From contig CM060731.1 in assembly GCA_030704615.1 (NCBI GenBank), positions 21,576,001-21,640,000 of the forward strand: a DNA stretch of 64,000 nucleotides, read 5' to 3'. Source of the DNA: Takakia lepidozioides. Its lineage: Eukaryota > Plantae > Bryophyta. This document shows positions 37,326-50,053 of the stretch, in pieces (within the stretch, counting starts at the first letter, position 1; each line of letters starts with the position of its first letter). The notes beneath the pieces are model-generated. The model worked only from the letters and a program-made list of their open reading frames with translations. It searched no databases and was not told the DNA's origin. The translations under genes were made by a program, and so were the position numbers.

Positions 37326-37640
37326 AGGCCTGGGGGGTGCACTCTTTATAAAATGTCCGTATCACGTGCGTTCGCCGCCTAATAAAAAAACCCCCTGTAT
37401 ACGGGTCCTTGGATCATTTATACCCCCTCTGTACATACATTTTGAAGATTATAAAACCCCCTCCTGTAAATATATAGAAATTTGTAATTTAAAAAAAATG
37501 TATATTTCCCTTTTCAATAATTAAAAAATACCCTCAAATATGTATATGTATGTTTTAATATTATATCAAGTTTATTTATTTAAAAATAGAATAAAATCTA
37601 ATAAATTAATTAAAAAACTGTTTGCCCTCGATAAAACTTG
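37326..37640. mobile_element. Left terminus of the same putative hAT-like family as 1695-1831
   Basis: Starts AGGCCTGGGGGGTGCACTC, with about 45 bp of inverted similarity to 1785-1831 and ACCCCCTCCTGTA repeats. Confidence 0.5.
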
Positions 37641-37719
37641 TTGTGGAATCTCACTTTGAACAATAATCAGATGCCGAGAGGAAAGGGACATTGTCAATGC
37701 CCTATGTGCAAGAGGCCTG

Positions 37720-39010
37720 AAGAAAGCATCAATGATGCTCCCGCACATAACATACATGTTGACAAGGGTGTTGAGAAGAAAAACATTTGATGTGAATCCA
37801 CTTTGGATGATGTGAGTATGCACCTGTTTTCCAACTTCCAGACCAGTGTTGGACTGGTATCAAGTTTTTTACATACCAGACTGGTCCTGGTACCAGGCGT
37901 ATCACAAAACTTTCATACCAGTCTGGTATCTATAATGGTGGATGTATTTTTTTCCAGATACTGGTATGAATATGAGGATCATGACCACAATACCAGCTGG
38001 TATGAGATATCAACTTTGGTATCATTCCAAAGCCATCTTGAGTTACAAATTTGTCAAGTGGCAAGTATCAAGTGAAAACAAATAAAATATACATGAGAAG
38101 TAAATATACATAAGTACGAATATATAGGCATATGTACACATAAATTAATTCAGTATACATACCAGAGTAAATGAGGAAGACGATGGGGGAGTACGGGTAT
38201 TGTGGCTGGTATGAAATAACTGATACCAGCCTGGTCTGGTATCTGACCAAGTATTCTCCCAAATGATACCAGACTGGTCTGGTATCTAATACCAGTGCAT
38301 ATACCAGTATTATGTACCAGTCCTTCACCTATATACCAGTCCAACACTGTTCCAGACCTTCCATCTTGATGCACTTAAGCAAGAGACAGACATACATATC
38401 TGAATCTGGTGAAATGCCTTGTGATGTGGTTAGGCTTCACCGCTTCCCCCATCATTTGCTCATAGGTCTCCAAAGCCTCCATCCCGTGCCCTTGCTGTGC
38501 ATACCCTACAAGCATCACGTTCCACGACACCACATCTCGTTCAGCCAGAGTGTTGAAAACTCCCCTCACATCCTTAACGCACCCACATTTGGCAAACATG
38601 TCCACAAGGGCAGTGTTCAAGATGACATCTGGTACAATTCCAGCTTGCTCCCAGGCTTTCACACGCATTGCAAACACAAACAAATGTGATGTGGTTGGGC
38701 TTCACTGCTTCGCACATCATTTGCTCATATGTCTCCAAAACATTCCTACCACACCTATGCTTGGTAAATCCTTTCAACATAATATTCCACGTGATCAAAG
38801 ATCATTGAGGCATTCTGTTGAACACTTGGTGAGCATCCCTGATGTTCCGGCACTTAACATACAGGTTGACAAGGGTGTTGAGTAGAAAAACATTTGGCGT
38901 GAATCCACTTTGGATAATGTGAGTGTGCACCTGCTTTCTAGCTTCGAGACCGTCCATCTTGATGCACTTAAGCAAGAGACAGACACATATTTGAATCTGC
39001 TGAAATGCCT
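37720..39010 (-). pseudogene. PLS-class PPR gene fragments (tandemly duplicated, frameshifted)
   Basis: HTHIIQSGF..NVFLLNTLVNMYVMCGSI; LNTALVDMFAKCGCVKDVRGVFNTLAERDVVSWNVMLVGYAQQGHGMEAL. Confidence 0.85.
37844..38349. mobile_element. hAT-type MITE (506 bp) inserted in PPR pseudogene
   Basis: 17-bp TIR CAGTGTTGGACTGGTAT; 8-bp TSD TTCCAGAC (37836-37843 and 38350-38357); many internal ATACCAG/CTGGTAT motifs. Confidence 0.95.
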
Positions 39011-39149
39011 CCTTGGTTTAGAGTCTGTAGAGCCTCTGTTAGGCTATCGCTTAAAGTATCTTCACATGCCCAGAAGTGCCAGAAGAGGCATTGTGGACTC
39101 CCTCTCTTGATCCTCTTTCAGAAGCTGTGGTCATGGTTGAGGTGATTGA

Positions 39150-40535
39150 TTTTATCAACTGTGCCGCTGCAGCTACTGCCTTTAGTTGACCATCTACCCA
39201 TGCAGGTTTCTTATAGCTATTGACCCCCACATGGAATCAAGGTAATCTGGAGCTTGAAGTCCAGCCCTCTTGGATGAATCTGGACCCACACTCTATCCAT
39301 GCTCATTCAGGAAAAAATAGGGAAAAACTCTGATAACAGGGAAAAACGGGCTGAAATGTGTTGAAGAAGGTACCTTCATTAGCAGCGCCTTGTTCTATCA
39401 AATGCACTGCTGCCGCTGCTGTTTCCAGTTGACCATCTACCCATGCAGCTTTCTTGTAGCTATTGATCCGCAGGGAATCAGAAGTAATCTTGTGCTTAAA
39501 ATCGACCTCTTGGATGAATCGTGTTCCACGACACCACCTTGTTCAGCCATAGTGTTGAACACTCCCTCCGTATCCTCAATGCTCCCACAATGGCATACAT
39601 GTCCACAAGGGTATTGTTAATAATCAGATCTGGTACAATTGCAGCTTTGGTGATGCAACCATGCACCTCTTTGCCCTTTTCCGGGGCTGCAGGCTTGCAC
39701 ACGCACTGCAAACGCACACAAACATGATGTGGTCGAGCTTCACCCCTTCCCCCATCATCTGCTTTCAAGTCTCCAAAGCCCCATCTCGCGCTCTTGCTCT
39801 GCACACCCTGCAAGCATCGCGTTCCACGACACCACATCTCATTCAGCCATAGTGTTGAACACTCCCTTGGCATCCTCAATGCTCCCACATTTGGCATACA
39901 TGGCCACCAAAGCAATGTTCAGGATGACAAATTTTGGTACAATTGCAGATTTGATGAAGTCATCAGGGTCCCTTTGCCTTTTCCCAGGGCTGCCATACGC
40001 ACTGCAAACTTACACAAACCTTATGTTGGCAGCCTTTACCCCTTCCCCCATCATTTGCTCAAAGGTTGGAGCCTCCATCCCGCACCCCTGCTGTGCATAC
40101 CCTGCAAGCATCGCACTCCACAACACCACATCTCGTTCAGCCATAGAGTTGAATACTGATCCCTTATCCTCGATGCACCCACATTTTGCTACATGTCCAC
40201 CAGGGCAGGGGCAGTGTTCAGAATGACATCTGGTAATCTGATAGGCATTCACCTTTTTGCCTCGGTTGTCCCACCATTGTCTGGGGTCAGAAAAATATTC
40301 ATTCCACAACTTCTCCTCGTCTTTGTTACCTGTTTCTGGATACTTTCCTGTTGTCACATTGGCAGTATCATGTCAAAGTCATTCCAAACTATCCTAGATT
40401 CACTCAACCAGCTAACTTGCATAATTCAACATGAAAATTTAGGGCCGATTCTGATAGGAGGGGAAAACAGGGTGAAATGTGTTGAAGAAGGTGCCTTCAT
40501 CAGCAGTGCCTGATTTTATCAATTGTGCCGCTACT
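39150..40535 (-). pseudogene. Scrambled PLS-PPR fragments interleaved with OSB-type PDF-motif fragments
   Basis: PPR text (VAKCGCIED..VFNSMAERDVV) plus LWNEYFSDPRQWWDNRGKKVN (about 40245-40310) and HPRG.DFKHKITSDSL.INSYKK.AWVDGQL (about 39425-39520 and 39180-39280). Confidence 0.75.
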
Positions 40536-40809
40536 GCAATCTGAAGACAGTATTCATTTTCTGATACACTGTCCGGGGTTCTCTCATTGATAACATGTGT
40601 GCGTTGAAGGTTGCAATGACCAAAAGTGCTTCTAATAGAGTCCCACATCAATTCAATCTCAAAGAAGTTCGTCCCTTGACTGGCTGGAGAGCGGTCTTAC
40701 ACATTGGTGATTCAATGGGGCGCGCTCTAGGAAGACAACCAAGGGCAAGGACTTCAACTGTAGGTGACCAAGTGCAGTGGACTCGTGAGAAATCCCAAAC
40801 CCTAAACGT

Positions 40810-41310
40810 TCCATTGTGGACTATATCATAATGGACAAAAATTTGTTCCCCCAGTATGCCAATGTGTTGATCGACAGAACTGATATTGGTACCTCTGACC
40901 ACTTCTTGGTTTGGACTGAGATCAAAAAGTGTTTTCCCAACACCAGAGTAGAAAAGATTCTCAAAGACCTGCACCTGGATCCGCAAGTCTTGACCCTGCT
41001 GGATAAATCCGACTTAGAGGCTGCAGTGTCCAAAGCCGTGTCTGTTGCTATGAGATTGTCTGATGAAAATGAAGTTAGGCAGAAAACTTCCCTGAACTTG
41101 TTTCCAGTCAGTGACATGGGGGAGGACATCTTGGATGACCTCAAGGGTCCACCCACTCTTGGCACTAGACTGAAATTTAAACTCAGGACATGAAGCCTAC
41201 CTTTGAACAGCAAACAGAAGCAGAGAGGAAAGGGAGAGTGCACTTCCCATTGTATGGGCAATCTGAAGACAATATTCATTTTCTGATACACTGTCCGGGG
41301 TTCTCTCATT
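40810..41310 (+). mobile_element. Internally deleted LINE fragment, same family as 26713-28246
   Basis: APE end (DYII..SDHFLVW) joined directly to the 3' region (DLHLDPQVLTLLDKSDLE..KFKLR), which is nearly identical to 27560-27920. Confidence 0.85.
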
Positions 41311-41479
41311 GATAACAGGTGTACGTTGAAGGTTGCAATGACCAAAAGTGCTTCTAATAGAGTCCCACATCAATTCAATCAAGCCCATCCTGTCTACATT
41401 CATGACTTACCAATCCTGGAATTATGGGGAGAGTACGCTTTGTCCTCCATAACTATCTTCAAAGGGTGGCTAGTAGTTA

Positions 41480-41900
41480 CAACTTTTGTATACACGCTAA
41501 GTATGTTAAGTGTGGGAGCATCATGGATGCTCACCAAGTTTTCCACAGAGTGCCTCAACGATCTTTGATCACGTGGAATATAATGTTGGCAGGATTTACC
41601 AAGGATGGGTGTGGTAGGAATGCTTTGGAACCTATGAGCGATTGCTGCACGAAGGGTGAAACCCAACCATATCACGTTTGTTTGTGTTTGTTTGTGTTTG
41701 CAATGCGTGTGCAAGGTTGGGAACTCTGGAAAAGGGGAGAGAGGTCCATGGTGACATCGTCAAAGCTGGATTTGTACTAGATGTCATTCTGAACACTGCC
41801 CTGGTGGATGTGTATGCCAAATGTGGGTGCATCGAGGATGCAAAGGGAGTGTTCAACACTATGGCTGAATGAGGCGTGGTGTCGTGTAGTGCGATGCTTG
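41480..41900 (+). pseudogene. PLS-PPR fragment in opposite orientation
   Basis: YVKCGSIMDAHQVFHRVPQRSLITWNIML; NACARLGTLEKGREVHGDIVKAGFVLDVILNTALVDVYAKCG. Confidence 0.85.
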
Positions 41901-44707
41901 CAGCCACCGCGCTACCTGTCAGCAAGACAACTCCCAAACCTTTAGTCCTTGACTACCAGAATGGGGTAATGGTTCCCTACCTGTAATTTTCCATTTTGCA
42001 CACATCGAGTTTGTGTAATGGTGCTTAGACATATTCTTAGTGATGTTAGTTTGTTTCACATGTCAATGTTGTTGTTGCTATGGTATTGCCTGAAAGCTTG
42101 CTCATGTATCTTCTGCCGTTTTCGGGCTGGATGGCAGCTGAAGGTGGGTGACCAAGTCCGGCCAAGCCAGTGTATGCATCTTCTACTCATGCATTTGGAA
42201 GTCTACTTAGACTTTGCAGCTTTGTGCATTTTTATAGCAGCACCGGATTAGATTATGGAACGGATCTCTGAAGAGAGAGAGAAGACTCCGGCCGAGGCCG
42301 GCATAACTAAGAGCCACTTTACCTTGCGGCTACTGCCCCCTTTCGGGGGTGGGCCCTATAACAAAAAAGTGTCCAGGGGGACACCAGGTGACCGCTAAGA
42401 ATAGAGGGGGCGAGGGTATTCCTAGGTACCCAGGGGTATCCTGGGGGACCTAAGGTGCGTTTGAAGTGTCGGATTCCAGTTGGCGTTTGTTGGTGATAAT
42501 AGTTGTGAGTGAACGGAGTGCCGTGAGATGGATTTCTTTGAAACATTTGTGGATGGGAAGAATGGGAATTTGGAAGTTATCGTGTATGTCCGTGATACTG
42601 GCGTTATGAATGCCACCTCGAGTGCCGGCTGTGATGACAGTTAACGGGCCGGTTTTCCTGCCATGCCTTTGGAGTGCAAGGATAAGCGGGGCATATTTTT
42701 GACGTTTTTCTAAGATTGAATCGTTTGGATAACGATCATGGCAAATTGTGAATTCAATGAAATGGATGGTGAGTTGTGGGGATGGTGAGGTGGGGGGTAA
42801 AGTGTTGCTTCCATTTTGGAGCTGAGGAGCTGCCAGAATTCTTTCCATTCAATGGGGCAGTTAGGGGCATAGAATGAATCCAATGGTTCCCGCTCCATTC
42901 GGGAGCTTCAGTGCGCAAAATTGAAGTCGTCCTGGGATCCATGATGCTTTCGATACAAGCAGAGGGAGAAGAGAGGGAGAGAGAAAGATGGACGTTCCCC
43001 TCCTGGAGCCGAAGGATGTAGGCTTCCATAGAGCTGAGGAAAGGGGCCAAAGGTGATCCGTGAGCAAGGCTATTTTGGATAGGTCCAGTTTGTGTTCTTG
43101 GATAAAAATAATTGCATCTTTGTTAAGGAAGGGAGAGAGCCAGTTTTTGATCCTAACTCTCTTAATTAAGAGAGGCTGGGTCAGAGCCCAGGCCCCTGAT
43201 GTTCCATGAGTGAAGATCAATCCGCATCAGAGGGCGGGAGAAGGCAGAGAGCGGGGGTCTCTATTGATAGCCTAGGGTTGTGGTATGTGAACTTGGCTCT
43301 CAGATCTGTGGGCAGGAGGGAATTCACCCATAGAAAGCGAGGTGGAGGTTTCCGATTCCTGCAAGCTAGTTCAATAAATACTCCTCTTGGATGTAGGTAA
43401 TGGTGAGGGGGGGATAGAGTGAACTGCCCGTCAGTTACTGGTTTGATATTGATAGCTGCAATGTGGGTTGAGTCCAGGATGAATTGGGAGGAGAGGAGAG
43501 TTTGTAAGAAGGGATCCGACTCAGTCTGGATTTGCAGGGGACCTGTTTCCACAGATGACGGGAGGAGGATGGAGGGGAGTTGACGACGAGTGTTCTTCCT
43601 GGCCGGTGCATCCTGGATGAGGCATAGAAGCCAACATCTGGTGGGGTCTCGAGGAAAATAGAAAACAGGGGGAGGGAGGAGGGAACCTGGTGTGGAGATA
43701 GCTCCAATGGAGGGTGAATGTCTTGGGGTGGAAGAGCATCTGGTAATAACGAGGGGGTCAAGACGCGGTGGAGTTGGTCGGACCAGTAGAGATGACTGGT
43801 GGGGAGATTTGTAGCACGCTGACCTCAGTTGCCAAAGCCTCTTCTCCAGCCTGACCTTTCTTCCTTGGGTGTTTAGACGATCCAGTATTGATGATGAGTT
43901 GTTGGAGGTTGCTTGTCTTTGCCCATTGAGAAAGTTCCTCGTACGCTGCAGTTCCATCCTGTAGTTGTCTTTGTCAACCTCCGAGTCCAGTAGGGCAGCC
44001 AACAGTTGGAATCCGTTGAACAATGTGTCATGTGTTTTGATCTGCATCCGATGACTTCCTGAAGGTTTTGAGGGGCCTTGTTCAAAAGTCCAAATCGCAT
44101 TAAGAGGAGGTGTCGTGTTGTAGACCTCTGCCTCCTCCATTAGAGCCAGTACATGTATGTGTGGAGGGGGTGGAGTTTAGACCAGGATGGTCTTCCTGGT
44201 AAGCCCCCCACGAAATTCTAGTGGAAGGGGATAGCAGGTAGTGGGGCTGGAAGGTTTTGAAGAACTCATGGATTTTGGACTTGACCAGAATGTCTGGGCT
44301 AGATCCCGGGGGGCAGGTGGAGGTGAATTGCTTGATGTCCTCTTCCGTGATCCATAGAGATTCTGAATTGGTGAAGTCGTCCGATGTGATGAGCATTGTT
44401 GGAGATTTCCCCTTCTTGTAGATTAACGGTGTGACACAGGTAGCCTGAGGCTCTTCAAACACCTCCAATGCTGAGCAGCCTTTAAGGTCCAATGTTGGAA
44501 AGGAGGTGAGCTGTAGACATGTTTTGGCAAGGGCTGTGTTGTTGCAGATTCCAGTTACTCTATCAGGGTTGAAAAAATGTGATGTAAGCCCTAATGGGAG
44601 TTGCTGCAGATGTCCTCAAAGTTGGGGTTGTGGGGGGCAGATCCAAGGTTAGGGCTTAGCTTCTCTTTTCCCTTATTGCGAGCAGCCCAGTTGTCCAACA
44701 TCATTTG

Positions 44708-45436
44708 TGTCGTGGCCCTTTGCCTTGAGGGCAGGGGGTCGGGACACATGAGGGGCTGCCCCTGTGGTGGGGGCAGTGGCAGCGATAGGTACGGGGGGCT
44801 GAAGCACCCTTGAGTGCCCAAAGCACTCAAGGAGGCGGAGGTGCTCACTAGGTGGAACCTCGCACACCTGGATGCGGTGGGGGTGGCCTCACAAAGGGGT
44901 GGTGGTAGCTTAGCGGGACTTAGTGGGGGTGGCATAGGACTCACCTTGGGGCGGAGACCTTGTGGTGGGAGTCGTGGGGAGTCTTGGGACTCATCACGGT
45001 CCATAGGGGCCGTGGTGGGTGGGCCAAGACTCACTGTGACTCATCACCGGGAGTCGAGGGTTTTCGTGGTGGTTCGCCATAAAATGGCATGGTTGTTTGT
45101 GAAACCCCCGCGGACAGCTACAGAAGTATATATAAGGGGAGTAGTGACCCCGAGAACGGTGCAAGCCCGTTGGTGACCAAAAACTAGTGAGTAAGCGAGC
45201 GAGCCGGAAAGCGACCAAAGAGTGGGGAGCTGTTCCGGACTGCCAACTACCAAAGGGAATTCCCGCTGGGCCCAAATCGGTGGAGGGTTCTTTGGGAGAT
45301 CAAAGGGGGACCGTTATGCCCCGGTGAGCAGCTGAAGCTCCAAGTTGGCCCGGCGGCCAGGTTGGGAGTTAGGCGCGCGCATCAAAGCGAGTAACTCTGA
45401 CTTGAAGGAGAGCTTACCGAAGTGAGGTGCGCGACA
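44708..45436 (+). repeat. 5' LTR
   Basis: Direct repeat of 50959-51687; TATATAA at about 45128. Confidence 0.95.
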
Positions 45437-45490
45437 CTTGGTATCAGAGCTTAGAGTTCAGTACGCAATCATCCTTGGGATTGGCCTCAT

Positions 45491-48400
45491 CATGGGGTCG
45501 GGCAAGCCAAAGCGAAAGTGGAACGGCCCAAAAGATGATGATCCTGGTGAGCCCGATGGGGGCGACGTGTCACCGAAGCGGCCGTTTGAGGAAGCGACGC
45601 AGGTTTCTGAAAATGAGGCCGCTCAAGAGCGGGAGGAATCCGAGGAGTCGGAGCCCGAGGAATCCCTGAGAGCTCCGACAGACCAACAGATGCCTCCCAT
45701 GCCGGCAGCTTTTTGGGAAGGGTTGTTGGCGCAGTTTGGCGGGACGTTGAAAGACGTGTTGAAGGCGGCTAATGCCACTTCCGCTAAGGCAAAGTTTAAG
45801 GTGAAGCCTAAGAAACCCGGCACCTTCGAGGGCGTCCGAAATCGGAAGGCACTCAACACCTGGCTCTTGGAGCTAGAGCAGTACTTCCGGGCGGCCAAGT
45901 TGAGTGACGAGGATCGGGTGGAAGTGGCTCCCAATTATTTGAGGGGCTATGCTCAACAATGGTGGCAGAAATGCCTTCACGACCGAGGTCCAAGCCCGGA
46001 AACCTTGAACTGGAGTGGGTTCAAGGAATTGATGAAGAGACAGTTTGTGCCCCTCAACGCGTCCTGGCTTGCCCGGGACAAGATGAGGAATTTGAAGCAA
46101 ACAGATGACATTCGGGGATATGTCCAGGCTTTCAATGTGCTATTGCTCGAAGTCGCGGATATGGCGGAACCAGAAATGGTCTTCAACTTTGTGGCGGGGT
46201 TGGCCCCATGGGCCAGGCGGAAGTTGGAGGAGAAGCCACCTAAGACTTTGAACGAGGCAATTGAGAGGGCTGAAGGTTTCTCGGATGTCCCTAAGGGTGA
46301 AAGACAAGGCCGTACGAAGCTGAACCACAAGAAGACCCGGTGGGAAGGTGACTCCTTCCGACCGGAAAAGAAGTGGGATAGACCACGCGGCGACAATGGC
46401 ACGTGGAAATCGAAGGGAGGGCCTTCACACGTCAAGGCGGCACCCGGTGCTTCGAAAGGAAAAGCGGGTGGAGCGGCTTATGGCAGACAGAAGGCGACCT
46501 TTGATGGAGTGTGTTTCAATTGCGGAGAGCCCGGGCACATGGCCAAGAAGTGCACGAAACCCCGACAATTGAACATGACTCGGGCAACCACGGAGCTGTC
46601 GGAAGATGCCATCAGTCGCTTGGTGGAAGCGGTGGTCGCCAGGACTTGCAAGGTAGGCAAATATTCTTGTGAGTTGTATCAGGAAACTGGCGCATGCGTA
46701 AAGGGAGTCACTTATTGTTCGTGGATGGGATAATATCCGGAACTAACGTGTCATTGTTGGTGGACACAGGAGCGTCGCACTCCTTCATGACACCGGCAAC
46801 GGCACAAAAGCTGGGACTCCCGACAACTGACGTAGGGGCCTCTATTGAGGTGCGTTCTGCCAAAGGAGAACCGCAATTGGCGACGAGGTTGGCGTTCGAT
46901 GTTCCTCTTCAACTGGGGAGTTGGGAGGGACGTGATAACTTCACCGTCTGCGAGATCGATGGAGTGGATCTCATTTTGGGGATGACCTTTTTGAGCAAAT
47001 CCGGAGCGGTCATAGATGGCCGCAAGAGGGTAGTCACGCTGCCATGTTGGAATGGTGGCGAGGTCTTACGAGTTTCGGAAACGCCCAAACCCGTGGGAGG
47101 GCGAATAAACCTTCTGTCAGCAAGAGAGTGGGCCGTGGAGGAGGCACACGAGCCCCAATTTTTGCTCTACATTAGAGAAGTGAAGGAGAAGGCGATGGAG
47201 AGCCGAGCCCAGATTGGATCAAGGGGATTTTGGAGAAATACCATGATGTGATGCCGGAGGATTTGCCAAGCGGCTTGCCACCGCGAAGAGGAGTTGACCA
47301 CAAGATTGAGGTGATACCGGGATCGGAACCGCCTGCCAAGGCGCCCTACCGGTTGAGCCACAGAGAGTTGGTCGAGCTGAAGACTCAGCTCAAGGATCTA
47401 ATGTCAAAGGGGTACATCCGGCCGAGTAAGTCACCTTACGGAGCCCCGGTGCTATTTGCAGACAAGAAGGATGGGACGCTGCGGATGTGTGTCGATTACA
47501 GGGCTCTGAATAAGGTGACTATCAAAAACCGGTACCCTTTGCCAAGGATCGACGACCTTTTCGATCGATTGGCAGGAGCGAAGTATTTCAGCCGGATCGA
47601 TCTGCGCTCCGGCTATCATCAAATTTGAGTGGCGGAAGGAGATGAGGAGAAGACCGCGTGCAGGACGAGGTATGGTTCGTATGAGTTCTTGGTGATGCCT
47701 TTTGGGCTCACCAATGCACCCGCGACCTTTAGCACGCTGATGAACAGCCTTTTCCAGGAGTGGTTGGATGACTTTGTGATCGTGTACATCGACGACATCT
47801 TGGTGTATTCGAAAACAAAAGGAGGAGCACCTGGAGCACCTCAAAAGGGTGTTCCAGAAATTGCGAGAAGGGAAGCTGTATGCCAAAGCTTCAAAGTGCG
47901 AATTCGGGGTCACAAAAGTGGAGTTCCTGGGGCATGTGATTACACAGGATGGGATCAGAATGGTTGACAGGAAGGTGAGGGCAATTTTGTACTGGGAGCC
48001 TCCGACTTCGGTCCCGGGAGTGCGATCCTTCCTAGGACTCGCCTCCTATTACCGGAAGTATGTGAGAAATTTCGCCAAAATCGCGGGGCCGTTGTCAGAC
48101 CTTCCGTGTAAATCTAAAGTCTAGGCATGGAACACCTTTTGTGGCCAAGCTTTTGCTGAATTGAAGCAGCGGATGGCGGAAGCTCCAGTCTTGAAAATCC
48201 CGGAATTCGATTGTCCGTTCGAGATACATACAGATGCGTCAGACTTCGCGATTGGGGGTGTACTGATGCAAGATGGACGTCCAGTGGCTTACGAAAGTAA
48301 GAAACTGAATGAAGTGGAGCGACGGTGGCCGACGCACGAGAAAGAGATGAAGGCGGTGGTGCACTGTCTTGAGTTTTGGCGCCACTATGTTGGTTCCAAC

Positions 48401-50053
48401 CCAGTGAAGGTGTTCACGGACAATGTCACGGTGAAGTATTTTGCCACGCAGCCCAAGTTGTCCCCAAAACAACTTAGGTGGCAAGATACTTTGGCGGTGT
48501 TTGACGTGGATATCCAGTACAAACCGGGACGAGACAACGTGGTGGCCGATGCTTTAAGTAGAAAGCAGCAGCTCTTGTTGGTGTACAAGGGCGAGACAGC
48601 ACTCCAAAGGAAGATCTGGAAGGCTTGCCGGAAGGATGAGTTGGCGAAGTCCGTGATGCAGGACTTGAGGATGGGGGTTAAATCGCAGTTCCATTTGCAA
48701 AATGGACTGCTCCGGTATAAGCAAAAGCGTCTCTACGTGCCGAAGGAAGGGATCAGAGATAGCCTCTTGAGAGAATGCCATGATAGCCCGCTTGCGGGCC
48801 ACGGCGGAGCCAAGCGCACTGCGGCACTCTTGAAGAAAGAGTATTTCTGGCCCAAACTGAGGGAGGAGGCAGAGGAATATGTCAAGACATGCACCACATG
48901 CCAACAAAACCGGAGCGAGTACAAAAAGCAAGCGGGGCTGTTACAACCCTTGCCGATTCCAAAGGGGACTTGGGAAAGCGTCTCGATGGATTTCATGACT
49001 GCTATGCCGCTGTCAAAAGGATTCGATGCAATCATGGTGGTGGTGGATAGGTTCAGTAAAATGGGTCATTTCATCCCCACCAAGGAGACGGCAACGACGC
49101 AGGAGACAGTGCGACTTTACTTCGCCCACGTCTTAAAGCATCATGGAGTCCCGAAGGATATTGTCTCGGACCGCGATCCAAAGTTTACGAGTAAATTTTG
49201 GAGGGCACTTTGGAAGAAGATGGGGACGAGGCTGAAGATGAGCACCGCCTTCCGACCTACGACCGACGGCCAAACAGAAAGATTGAATTCCGTAGTGAAG
49301 CAGATCTTGCGGAATTACATGTCGGCAGACCAAACAGACTGGGTGGAACACTTAGACGCGGCAGAGTTCTGTTATAATAACACATAACACTCCGCAACGG
49401 GAGTTTCCCCTTTCGTATTGGTCTATGGAACAGCACCTCTGGTGCCGACAAGTTGGGCCGCCCAGGACGTTGAGGAACCGGCAGTAACGGCGGTACTGGA
49501 AGAACGCAAGCGTTTGTTGAAGCTCGCAAAGTACAACATTGCCAAAGCTAGGAAACGGTATGAAAGGCAGGCGAATCGGAAGCGGAGGGAAGTGAAGTTT
49601 GAGGCAGGCACGGAGGTCTGGTTGAACATCAAGAATTTCCGACTACCTCCGGAAGTGAGTCCGAAGTTCGTACCTCCGTATGCGGGACCCTTTCGCATTC
49701 GGAAGGTTATGAATGAGGATGTGTATGAATTGGAGCTGCCGGCAAACAGCAAGGTGCACCCAGTATTCCATGTCTCCCTTTTGAAGCCTTACTTCAAAGA
49801 TGAAGCGCGTCCGAATCGGCATCAAGTGTTGCGTCCGCCACCTATGCTGTTGGATCATGAAAATGAACCTGAGTACGAGGTGGAGGCAATACTTAAGTCG
49901 AGGAGGTTCAAGAACCGAGAAACGGAGTATCTCGTCAAATGGAAGGGCTATCATCATGTGGAGGCATCTTGGGTGCGTGCCTCAGAAATGAGAAACGCAT
50001 CTGAGGCGGTTGCAGCTTTCGAAGGGCGACCTCAAAAGCGGAAGAAGCGTTGA
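45491..50053 (+). pseudogene. gag-pol of the chromovirus
   Basis: Broken by stops at about 47626, 48122 and 49385 and a frameshift near 47815. Chromodomain EYEVEAIL..EYLVKWKGY..SW at the end. Confidence 0.95.

Noticed and set aside
42310-42360. Hammerhead ribozyme in the retroelement 3' UTR
   Set aside because: A three-way junction is plausible but the conserved catalytic core nucleotides are missing.
44591-45275. ORFs within the LTRs (also 50796-51526)
   Set aside because: GC-rich LTR sequence; they are duplicated only because the LTR is duplicated.
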